NCBI GenBank assembly: GCA_973895155.1
Contig: OZ316893.1
Coordinates: forward strand, 22,169,844 to 22,233,843
Direction: 5' to 3'
Source: Marsupella aquatica
Taxonomy: Eukaryota; Plantae; Marchantiophyta
DNA: 64,000 nucleotides
Shown: positions 12,525 through 22,720 of the stretch, in pieces
Position numbering within the stretch: position 1 is the stretch's first letter
How the letters are laid out: each line of letters opens with the position of its first letter
Position numbers and translations under genes: made by a program
The notes under the pieces: generated by a model
The model's input: the letters and a program-made list of their open reading frames with translations, nothing else
What the model was told of the DNA's origin: nothing
Database searches by the model: none

Positions 12525-12670
12525 TGAAATGTATGTTGTGTGGATCTGCTCAGGGAGCAGCTACTATGTTGATTTGTGATAAGTGTTCTAGAGGATGGCA
12601 CATGTCATGTTTGACACCACCATTGCAAATGATTCCTAGTGGATCATGGTTGTGTCCTCAGTGTCGGTGA
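12525..12670 (+). CDS. PHD finger (C4HC3) at the integrase C-terminus
   Basis: KCMLCGSAQGAATMLICDKCSRGWHMSCLTPPLQMIPSGSWLCPQCR* lies in the same frame as integrase. Confidence 0.92.
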
Positions 12671-12976
12671 AGCCGACTAGTTATCATTTGTGTTCTCTTG
12701 GCAGATATGGATTGCAGGTAGGTGATCGATGGGGCTCACTTGCACCCGGCCTCCTGATCTTCACACCTAAAACGGTGTATATCAACCTTGTAGAACTCAT
12801 GGCTAGCTAGAGTTAGCTCCCAGCTAGGGGGGCGATTGTGGGTTTTGGACATGTGTGGACATGAGTTCCACTTGTATTCCATTCTCTTGTGTTTGTGATG
12901 TGGCAGTGTGACTATGTTTGGATGTATGTGACAAGCGATGTATGTTGTATAGCGATGTGTATGCGCACGACAGGAC

Positions 12977-13583
12977 AGACGATCACTGCTGACCATTGGT
13001 GCCAACTGTGGAAGAAATTGTGGGGGGGCTGGACCCTGCCGAAGGTGAGGTTCTTCATGTGGCGCCTACTAAATCATGGGTACTTCACTAATGGCAGGGG
13101 CAGTCACTGGGAGTGTCCGATGGACTCTGCCCGCGTTGCAAGGAGTGCTTCAAAAACAATGACCACCTCTTCTACAGCTGCAACAAAGGGAAAGACCGAT
13201 GGCAGGAAGTTCAGAGATTGATCCAAGGTGCCAGTGGGCTGGAATGCCACAACACCACACTGTACGAAGCCATTACCCGCGCTATTTGAAACCACAAGAG
13301 GAAACCAGGATCACTGATCCTGATCATGGAATTATGTGAAAGCATTTGGAAAGAAAGGAATGCTGCTGCGTACTCCCATTTCCTTGGTCGGCTCCCGGGA
13401 TGGGTGGTCCTCACACAGACTGATCACCACCTGAAAACCATGTTGACTACTAGCACCTCTGCCAAGAAAAGCAAGCAACTACGCAATGTCACTATTGACC
13501 AACTCAAGGTGATTCTTCTCCCTTGGGAGCAGACTGAGAGCCCAATTTCCATTAACACTAACATTGATGATGAACACAGCTAA
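12977..13583 (+). mobile_element. LINE ORF2 C-terminal zf-RVT region, right half of the split LINE
   Basis: WCQLWKKLWGGWTLPKVRFFMWRLLNHG, a frameshifted CxxC...H..C, and SIWKERN motifs. Confidence 0.85.
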
Positions 13584-14150
13584 GCAAAAAGTGACCTCCC
13601 TGAGGACTTCCACGTCGCTGAAGGAGATCAACCAGGTGCAACAGAGTGGAGAAACTCAGCACAACCCCAAGAAGACTAGAGAGAACTACTAGGACAAAGA
13701 TAAGATTAGAGATAGAGACAAGACCCAACAGAATAGGAAGAACAAAACTGAGAGTAGGACCAGACAGGGTAGGAGAGGAATCACTCGGGATCTAGAGAGC
13801 GCTATTACCAAATGGCTGCTCAAGATCACTTGGCCTGATTAGACGGTCGGTGCTTTTGGCGCTGTGTGTTTTGGGGTCTTGTTCTGCCCTCCTGGTGTGT
13901 CTTTTGCTCCCTAGTGTGGTGGTTGTTCATTTTGTGGCTCTTGTGCAGGTCAATGTTTACACCAGGATACTAAGAATATTCTTGAATTGAAGGAATGTTC
14001 AAAGTTCTATATTTATAGGACCCTAGAAAATTTCGACAATTATTTATTTATAACCCAACCCTTATGGTACTAGTGTACTAGGTTAATTGATGTAATGCTC
14101 CAGGCACATATGTGAAGAGCTTGTAATTTTTTATCTAAAGTAGTGCTCTA

Positions 14151-14397
14151 TCGATGTTTTTAGGCCTTGGAGCCCCTAAAATTAAAAAAAATTAATTATT
14201 TTTCAATTCCTATAAAGTTGGAATATTCTAAAAAATTGGTTATATGGACCCTAATGTTCTTATAAGTCTAAAAATTTGATTAAAAAAATCCTATTGTTTT
14301 TCTCAGAAAATTCATAAGTCTTCCCTTTGAACCAATAAAATGACCCTATACTTCGTCGCATGTGATGTGTAATTTTTGTGGAAGTGAAACCCCTGAG
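14151..14397 (+). mobile_element. hAT-like MITE, copy lacking a visible left TIR
   Basis: Colinear with 24914-25173. It ends in AGTGAAACCCCTGAG (right TIR). Confidence 0.7.
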
Positions 14398-15371
14398 AGT
14401 GAGAACCGAGAGTTGGTTGTTAGAGTCGGGGTAGTCTGATCGCCGCATGTTGGGACAACCTTGGGACAAGCTTTAGGACAAGCTACGCTATTTGGGCCAT
14501 GAGCATGTCCTGGGGGCAGGGCGGTCAGTCAGTGATGGATAGGTATGAGGGGGAACACGGGCTTCACCCAAGGAAGGAGCTATTCTGGACAAATATTGGG
14601 TGTCGGTTTTGGTTTCGGCTTATGGCATTGGGAGGACCTATCGCTGATCTACTTACCAATGTCTGTTGAGCTTGAGTTAGGATGCTAGACTTGGGAGATC
14701 TAGATCCTGAGAAGTTACTTATCGGAGTGCTTGGCTGCTTGTGCAGATTGTGAGGACCATTGAGAGACGGTCATGCTAGACAGTGAGTGCGGCTTCGTAT
14801 GGCCGGGAGGGGTCGCAAGTGGTGTTGAGGGCACCAACAAGTTGCTTGCTCGAGGAGTTCCGTGGAGGCGTCCGGGCACCAAAGGCACTTAGGCAGAGGT
14901 GTTGGGATTGGTGAGGGCGCTGGGTGGCAAGGTCCATCACTTTTATCTAGGACACCGCCCTCATGAACTAGCTGAATATCCATGCGTTGCCCGGAAGATG
15001 TGATGTCAAAATGTAAGAACAGTTGTTGTGTAAAAGATTTAGTTATGTAAAACAACCCACATAAGAGGTGTTTTTAAGGTTTCATTGCTTAAAAGATATC
15101 ATTGCATGAAAGATATTGTAATAAAAGACATTGGTGCATAAAAGATGTTGTAATTTAATCTCAGTCTATCCTTGGTGCAGAAATTGTCACCATGGTGAAA
15201 ACTGACCGGACTGTTTATCGTAGTTTGTGGGTGTGGAAATCTTGTCATTTTGGCTGGGTTGTTCTTCTAACAAAAATGTTGTCATTTTGGTCAATGTTGT
15301 TATTGTGGTTTTTTGTTGGGGAACAGAAAGGTTAGAATATACTAGAGATGCAAGATGGGGGACGGTGGCCA

Positions 15372-15650
15372 CTTGGGGGCCTCACTCCAAGGGAGTCCCA
15401 TATTATGAGCAAACTGGGTTAGAAACACCCTAAAAGTAAGGTAAAAAACAAGTATTTTCTACCCATATTTTTTAGAATATTCTAGGAATATCCTAGTTTT
15501 GGATTTTAAAACCCCTATTATTATTAAAGACCAAAAATTGGATTAAATCCCTCTAATGTTCTTCTGCAAAAATTTATATCTCTTCCACTAAACCTATAAA
15601 AAACACTATGCTAATTCATGCATGATGGGTGGGACGAAAATAAGTAACTA
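15372..15650 (+). mobile_element. hAT-like MITE, diverged copy
   Basis: Starts CTTGGGGGCCTCACT (TIR variant) and has internal similarity to 24877-25173. Flanked by the 8-bp repeat GGTGGCCA (15364-15371, 15651-15658). The right TIR is eroded. Confidence 0.6.
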
Positions 15651-17073
15651 GGTGGCCACCGCATTGTAGAGTCTAAGCATGGTTGCAGAATAAGAGGGAG
15701 TTATTTTTTCTAATGACAATACATATATATGATTTAGCTTTTATTATACAGTCAGAGTTCTCAAAACCTTCAATTTTATTTTCCCATAACATTCAATTTT
15801 AAAATTTGTTAAAAAAAAACATCTGTTTGAGCAGGTGTGGGCACACTCAGGGCAGCTAGCCAGGGCAGACATTTGAGATAGAAGGAATGCCCGTGGGAAT
15901 CTGGTGGTACTGAAAATTGACTTCCGCTTTTCTCAAATTGTAAAGGGACAAAAAAATTCTGGCTAGGTAGGATATTATAGTGTTTGATAAAAGTCAAGAA
16001 CATTTAGGATACCAATCTTATATTGAAATCGCTCCCAAAAATGGGAGATCCTTAGTCATATTGCAGACACTGAATAACCCTACTTTTGGACTTCTTATTA
16101 CTGACTAGGTTGCGCAGCCAAAGTAGGTGATGTTTATGAATAAAAAAGCTGTCGAAAGTATTTCTGTGTTTTTAAGGTTTCATAAAAAATAAGGGAGAAA
16201 CAACTGTCAGTGGGCAAAATGTTGAACAACCAAAGCCCTAATTGACATGTAATCACTCTCTATGTGTGCAGCCAGAGTGCATTGTGCCCTTTCAAAGGCA
16301 CTTCTATGGTGTAGCAAGACATCCACTTTCATCAAAATATAAGGGAAACTTTTTCAAAGATCACAGGCAATAAAGCTTCCTCGGGGTCCCATGTTTTCAA
16401 ATCAATCTTGTCGAAGGCAAGTCTATTTAGGAGTCTGAGGGGGAACACTACTTTTCAAGCCACCACCTTTGGCTTAAGTTGACAGTCTTTGCTGGTGATT
16501 TATGGACGTTTCAAGTTCACATACGATTTTGTTTTAAACTTGGACAAAAAGACAGATGACTTTACAAATATGTATAATATTCTTTTTATTGTTTTCACAT
16601 CAATATGCACGTTGCACTCTTTGCCATTTCTTGTGGTGGGTGGTACATGTGCAACAAAAGTAGCAGCCTTTGTTAGGTAACAAAGTATGTGGCATGTACG
16701 TACTCCATTAGCTGACAAAAAAATACTGATGACTCTGCGCATAATTTATATATTCTCTACACAACAAAATGCATGTTGCACTGATCATTGCCTTTCTTGT
16801 GGTGGTACTAGTAACAAATGTTACTGTAGATAGCAAAGTATATTGCATGTCCTCTATTAGGTGGCAAGATACATGACTCACACCTCCCAATACCCATGGA
16901 ATCCACCAGGTGTTTTGGGGGTTGTGCTAACTTCATATCGGATAGCGGGAGTTGGATACCTAGAAGGAAATGCAACCTGACTGATTATTGGCTCACATTA
17001 GAGGGAAGACAGTATCTCTCCCTTGCCTTGCTTTTTAAGGGGAAACTGCTTTGCGCAAAGGGTGCAATTGGCT

Positions 17074-17165
17074 TTAAAAAAATTAAAATTCTTGCATTTT
17101 AGGGGGTCTGTGGCCCAAAAACTTAGTGGGCAATGGGGAGGCCTCAATAAAATGAGACCCCCAAG
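17074..17165 (-). mobile_element. hAT-like MITE, truncated reverse-strand copy
   Basis: The reverse complement CTTGGGGGTCTCATT...CCTCCCCAT...GACCCCCTAAAATG.AAGAA aligns with the first ~90 bp of 24877-25173. Confidence 0.65.
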
Positions 17166-17247
17166 CCTGAGTTGCACTTTTAGTGTGAAAAGACACACAA
17201 ACTCAAGAGAAGAGTGTAGTTGAAAAATGAATCAAGAAAGATATGGA

Positions 17248-17356
17248 TGTTAGACTCTACCTTGACAGGACAACCGGACCAGCCGGTCATCCCGATACCA
17301 CTATATGTACCTTCATTCAGACTATACACATATTCATAATCATTCTCACTCAAACA
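17248..17356 (+). repeat. Putative 5' LTR (109 bp) of the Copia element, followed by a PBS
   Basis: TGTT...AACA termini, immediately followed by CGTTATCAGCAC (17357-17368), a PBS of the type I associate with Bianca-lineage Copia. There is no second LTR copy, so the left boundary is inferred. Confidence 0.6.
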
Positions 17357-19191
17357 CGTTATCAGCACAAGACTCACTGAGGCTGAGCAAGGAGGATAAG
17401 AAATTTTTTTTTCATAGAGCCATGGCGAATTGAGTAACGATTGAGAATTTTAACATCATTGAGTACGAATAACATCAGAATTCGTAAGGACAACAAGGAG
17501 GCTGATTGAATTGCATAAGGAAACTGTCACCTGCAGAATTGATACAGAGAAGAAGAAGAGAAAGAGAACTCATAAGGACGAAGATTGCAGAAGATTGCAG
17601 AAAGAGAATGATAAGGACACCAGACTAAAAAGCGAAATGATACTGAGGATCGGAGGATCAAAGATTGAAGAACCGAGGCATCGAGGATAGAGACATCGAG
17701 GAGAATCGATGAGAACCAAGAGAAGGACAGAAAAAAAATTAAGGAGGCGAGAGCAATCGATAAGCACAGGAGCAAAGGAGATAGAAGAATACAAACCATA
17801 GGAGATTGCGAAATTACTGATCGAGGCTGTCGGAGACGAAGCCTAAGAAATCGATGTTGACAAGCCAGATTGGGGAATCCCCTTTTCTTCCAGCGCTCGT
17901 CCCTGCCGTTTAGCCACTATCGAGAGCAAAGCCACGGACCAAAACGGAGACTACGTAAAGAGAGCTCGAGATCCGAAGAGGTGAAGAGGCAAAGAGATGA
18001 AGCCAACTATTGGAGGCGAAGCAAAGGCTACGCGAGCCTTCAGAGAACCACCAGAGAATAAGACGATTTTGGAAGACCGATGCTGAAGCGACAGACGCTC
18101 GGCGAACCTCAACTCGGACCATTGACGAAAGACACGGAATTAAGAAAAGTGTTGGACACAAAACTCGCCAACATCCGACTTCGCCCACAACACAATTCAA
18201 ATGGCGCAGGCAGCAGCGCCATTGGGATGATCAAAAAGAGCACGAGTGCTCAACAAGCGGACCCTCAATCCCAGTACACCGAAGCACTGATCGTCAACCT
18301 CAATCACCGAGCACTGATCGTCAACCTCAGTGCTTGCCAGGCTTTCTAAATGATTGAGATGAGCAAAGCCGCTCGTCAGGACTAGCCAGACCTCCCGGGA
18401 AGATTGTCAAGTTGTATAACCAAATAACAAGAAAAAGGTTTCCTCTCAACCGATCGGGAGCTCGTGAACTTGAGAAGAGACCTATTACCTCAAGTATGGC
18501 GAATTGAGAAGGGGAAAAGGAGGCCAAAGGAGACGAGCGAAGCCATTCATCGTTACCGGTGCAGCGTTAACATCGAAAGGCAGCCCGATGGAGCTTCTGT
18601 AGAAAAGGCGAGGAAGGCGCTCAGGAAAGTCACAGCGAGAATCGGTACCTTGAGAATCGGGAAGAAAATATCAACGAAACAACAAGTAAAAAGGAGATTC
18701 GAAGGGCAGCAGAAGTGCGCAAAGGGGCCACCAAGAGGGGAAACTGCGCCACATCTACTCAACCAAAACATCGACAAAACGTCGAAGAAATTCCACAACC
18801 GCTAAGTGCACGCTCCATAACCGCAAATAACTGCAAAACCCTCGTTAATTGCAAACTCCATCAAAGAAATTACAGTTCCAAAGCATAATGTGCACTTAAC
18901 CAGGTCACGAGTAAAGAATCACCCATAACTGCACAAACTGCACAATTTAACAAAGGAAATAGCAATTACAAAGGAAACCTTGCAGTTATACATTCACAAA
19001 GAAAACCAACTTAATAAGTGCAAACCCTAAATTCTGCAAAAACCCAAACATTCTTGCTTTACTCGCCAATGACCTAGATTGATCTCCTCAACCCTTTCTC
19101 CACCATTGCATGCGGCAAATGTGCATTGTCTTTTGACTATATATATTATATATAAACACGCACACCACCGCTGCACGCCAGGACCTTAGAG

Positions 19192-22100
19192 ATGACCAAC
19201 CTTGAGAAACTCAACTTCCCCGCCCTGGAAATAGATGGCGGCAACTACCTAGAATGGTCCATGAACTTAAAAGAAAACCTAACCTCGCTAATCCTACTCC
19301 CTGCGATAGGGCTCGCTCAACCCATCCTTGCCGGCGAACCCCAACCTGATCCATTAACTAAAGCCAACGAATCGAAAGCCCTAGTATTCCTGAGATGTCA
19401 CATCCATAGATTCCTACAGAGACAATACATGCACCTTTTGACCCCTCGGGAACTATGGACAGCCCTACACACCCGATTCGACCACCAGAAACTGGTCGAA
19501 TTACCTAGAGCCAGACAAGACTGGCTCAACCTGCGGGTCCAAGACTTTACCTCAATTTCAGCCTACAATAGCAAACTCTTTAGAATAACCTCAACCCTCG
19601 CACTATGTGGCGAGCCAGTTACGGACAAGGATCTGCTAGAGAAGACCTTGTCGACATTTCATTCATTGAATGTGTGGCTATCAACACAGTATCGAAACAT
19701 GAAGTTCGGGCAATACTTCGAGCTCATAGCCCACCTTCTAGTCACAGAGAGAAACCAAGAACTCCTTTTAGTTAACTCTAGAAAACGTCCTGCGGGCACA
19801 CTGCCCTCAGGATCACAGAGTGAAACACATCTTACCGACACCGCTGAACCCTCCACATCAAGGCAGGGCATTAAGCGCAGTAGGAATGGCAACCATAGAA
19901 ACAACCCAAACAGGGGGAGTTTCTTTAACCAACGCCCACAACACAATTTCAGACGGTCCTTTAGTGGACGTGGAGGACGCGATGGACGCGGCGGACGCGG
20001 AGGACGAGGTGGACGCGGTGGACGCGGCGGTGGTAGAACATATAACAACAACCGTAGAAATGATTGGTCACAATCCCAACCACAACGAGAACGCCCAAAA
20101 TGCCATGCATGCGGCATGACCAACCACCTAGCCAGAAATTGTAGAATCCCGCAACACCTTAAAGAGCTATATCAACAATCCCTCAGGGACGGACAAACCT
20201 CTAGGGCATCACCCCGTGAAACCCACGGGGCGTTTATGGAGTCTAGCGACCCATTCCAAGACTTTTCAGACCTACCTGCCCAACCCGAGGCACACTTAGT
20301 GGCAAGTAGCTCCGCTACACCAGATTTAAATAGCCCAAGCACATGTATTATCGACAGTGCGACCACGCACACTATCCTCAGGGATAGGCACCTTTTCCAC
20401 AAGATTACACCCTCACGTAGACCCCTGACCACTATAAATGGCCCTAGCCAAATAGAAGAAGGCTTCGGCCCAGCTTCCATTAGACTACCGCAGGGTACAG
20501 CGATTCACATAGAATCTGCCATTTTCGCCCTGAATGCAACCCGTAATCTCCTCAGTTTTAGAGATATACGAGCAAATGGACTACATGTCCAGACGGGCGA
20601 CACAAGAGACCAGGAAGTGATACACTTGGTTAAAAATACCCCTACGGGGAAAATCATTAAAGAAACACTTTTCTCGTATCCTTGCAGGTTTTATGTAACA
20701 CATATTGAATGCCTGCATAACAATGCCCAAACAAGTGAATTGCCCGCGCTTTGGCATGCACGCCTCGGCCACCCCGGCCAATCAATGCTAACCAAAATAA
20801 TTAAGAATTCAAGTGGCATTCCAATCAATACACGCCACATCCCAGCTAGCACCCCATGCACTGCATGCTCACGTGGCAAATTAATAACAAGGCCCACGGC
20901 ATCAAAATTGCCAACCAACATACCCAAATTCTTGGAAATAATCCACGCCGATGTTTGCGGGCCAATTAACCCACCGAGCGGACCATTCCGCTACTTTATG
21001 GTATTAATCGACGCATCAACTAAATGGTCAAATGTGACACTGCTTTCAACGAGGAACATGGTTATACCTCGTATTTTGGCGCAAATCCTGCGCATGAAAG
21101 CACAATTCCCCGACCACCCCATTAAGACACTAAGGGTAGACAATGCAGGGGAATTCACATCCGAAACATTTGATGACTTTTGCACATCACTTGGCATAGA
21201 CGTACAATACCCTGTACCTCACGTGCATTTTCAGAACGGATTAGCTGAAGCGGTCATTAAACGCCTTCAGTTAATTGCACGCCCATTACTAATGCAGTCA
21301 AAACTCCCCGTCTCAGCATGGGGACACGCCATATTACAGGCTAATGCATTAATCCAATACCGCCCATCGACCTTTAATACCTATAGCCCATACCAAATTG
21401 CTAATGGTATTAAACCTGACCTATCACATCTTCGTTCATTTGGATGTCAAGTAATGGTCCCCATTACTCCACCCAAACGAACCAAGATGGGACCCCAACG
21501 ACAGTTGGGGATATACATCGGATTCGACTCTCCGTCCATAATCCGATATATAGAGCCTATAACTGGCGATGTTTTTAAATCTAGATTCCTAGATTGCCAT
21601 TTTGACGAACATGTTTATCCACAGTTAGTAACCCCCAAACACCCACAACCACCTTTGGAGTGGGAAAGACACTCGCCATTTTGGCAAGACCTTAGAACGA
21701 ATCAAGGGGAGAAAGAAGTTCAAAGAATTTTGCAACTCCACAAGATTGTGGAAGAACTTCCTGACGCTTTCGTTGACACATCACAACTTACCCGCTCACA
21801 TATTCCAGCTACGAGAGCATCTGCCCGCATCGAATTATCAAATGAGCCAGCAAGTACATCCCAACCTCGTGAAAAACGAGGTAGACCCTTGGGATCAAAA
21901 GATAAACAACCACGAAGGCGTGGTTCATCTATACCACCTTCACCTGATGTTGATCATACCGAATCTACATCTCATGAAGAGATCTCTATCCACTACGCAC
22001 ACACAGGTGCGATGTGGGATAGAAATACTACTTCAATAGATGACGCTTTTGCATTAATGGTGGCAACACATATTACTGACGATACACCAGAACCAATATC

Positions 22101-22572
22101 CATCTTAGAATGCCAAAACAGACCAGATTGGCCTGAATGGCAAAAAGCTATAAATGGAGAATTAGATTCCCTACTCAGCAGACACACTTTTGGCCCAGTC
22201 GAGCCAACACCACAAGACGTACACCTAATTGGCTACAAATGGACATTTGTCCGCAAAAGAAATGATAAAGGCCAAGTTGTACGCTATAAAGCACGTCTGG
22301 TAGGGAAAGGATTTACCCAACAACCAGGAATTCATTACGATGAAACTTACTCACCGATTATGGATAGCACAACATTCCGATATCTTATCGGATTTGCCAT
22401 TTTCCATCAACTACAGATGCGACAACTGGATGTTGCAACTGCATATTTATATGGCACTTTAGACACTTGTCTATACATGCGATCACCTCCCAAGTTGGAG
22501 CAACGACGCCGAGCTTTAGCTCAAGGCGCTAAATCGCATATTCCATATTTACATAAGATTATAACACAATGA
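19192..22572 (+). CDS. Ty1/Copia (Bianca-like) gag-pol, truncated within RT
   Basis: Uninterrupted 1126-aa ORF: N-terminus NLEKLNFPALEIDGGNYLEW, RGG repeats, CHACGMTNHLARNC knuckle, protease CIIDSATT, WHARLGHP..CTAC, integrase HADVCGP/RVDNAGEF/NGLAE, RT YKARLVGKGFTQ..QLDVATAYLYG. Homology stops near 22490, before YVDD, RNase H and the 3' LTR. Confidence 0.93.
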   Translation: MTNLEKLNFPALEIDGGNYLEWSMNLKENLTSLILLPAIGLAQPILAGEPQPDPLTKANESKALVFLRCHIHRFLQRQYMHLLTPRELWTALHTRFDHQKLVELPRARQDWLNLRVQDFTSISAYNSKLFRITSTLALCGEPVTDKDLLEKTLSTFHSLNVWLSTQYRNMKFGQYFELIAHLLVTERNQELLLVNSRKRPAGTLPSGSQSETHLTDTAEPSTSRQGIKRSRNGNHRNNPNRGSFFNQRPQHNFRRSFSGRGGRDGRGGRGGRGGRGGRGGGRTYNNNRRNDWSQSQPQRERPKCHACGMTNHLARNCRIPQHLKELYQQSLRDGQTSRASPRETHGAFMESSDPFQDFSDLPAQPEAHLVASSSATPDLNSPSTCIIDSATTHTILRDRHLFHKITPSRRPLTTINGPSQIEEGFGPASIRLPQGTAIHIESAIFALNATRNLLSFRDIRANGLHVQTGDTRDQEVIHLVKNTPTGKIIKETLFSYPCRFYVTHIECLHNNAQTSELPALWHARLGHPGQSMLTKIIKNSSGIPINTRHIPASTPCTACSRGKLITRPTASKLPTNIPKFLEIIHADVCGPINPPSGPFRYFMVLIDASTKWSNVTLLSTRNMVIPRILAQILRMKAQFPDHPIKTLRVDNAGEFTSETFDDFCTSLGIDVQYPVPHVHFQNGLAEAVIKRLQLIARPLLMQSKLPVSAWGHAILQANALIQYRPSTFNTYSPYQIANGIKPDLSHLRSFGCQVMVPITPPKRTKMGPQRQLGIYIGFDSPSIIRYIEPITGDVFKSRFLDCHFDEHVYPQLVTPKHPQPPLEWERHSPFWQDLRTNQGEKEVQRILQLHKIVEELPDAFVDTSQLTRSHIPATRASARIELSNEPASTSQPREKRGRPLGSKDKQPRRRGSSIPPSPDVDHTESTSHEEISIHYAHTGAMWDRNTTSIDDAFALMVATHITDDTPEPISILECQNRPDWPEWQKAINGELDSLLSRHTFGPVEPTPQDVHLIGYKWTFVRKRNDKGQVVRYKARLVGKGFTQQPGIHYDETYSPIMDSTTFRYLIGFAIFHQLQMRQLDVATAYLYGTLDTCLYMRSPPKLEQRRRALAQGAKSHIPYLHKIITQ

Positions 22573-22639
22573 TCTCAAGTTACACCTCATGTGTCATCTA
22601 CACATGTAACTCATAATAATGACACCGCTGTGTCAACCG

Positions 22640-22720
22640 TACGGAATACTCGCCGCGGACATACTCACCGCGGACAGATTTTCAAAACGGAATACTCGCC
22701 GCGGACAGATTTTCAAAACT
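22640..22720. repeat. Short tandem repeats just past the Copia truncation
   Basis: ACGGAATACTCGCCGCGGACA / GATTTTCAAAAC units repeated 2-3 times. Confidence 0.7.

Larger units (their letters stand above)
3837..12972 (+). mobile_element. Ty3/Gypsy-type retroelement insertion carrying a DNA methyltransferase and a PHD finger (decayed)
   Basis: Ends TGTC...GACA with GGAC on both sides (3833-3836, 12973-12976). Removing it restores the in-frame LINE peptide NRRWG|QTITADHWCQLWKKLW. Domain order PR-RT-RH-INT is Gypsy. A PPT-like AGGGGGGCGAT lies at 12826-12836. Confidence 0.9.

Noticed and set aside
3837-12972. DIRS/tyrosine-recombinase element as the explanation for missing LTRs
   Set aside because: A DDE integrase, an aspartic protease motif and a TSD are present, and no tyrosine recombinase motifs were seen.
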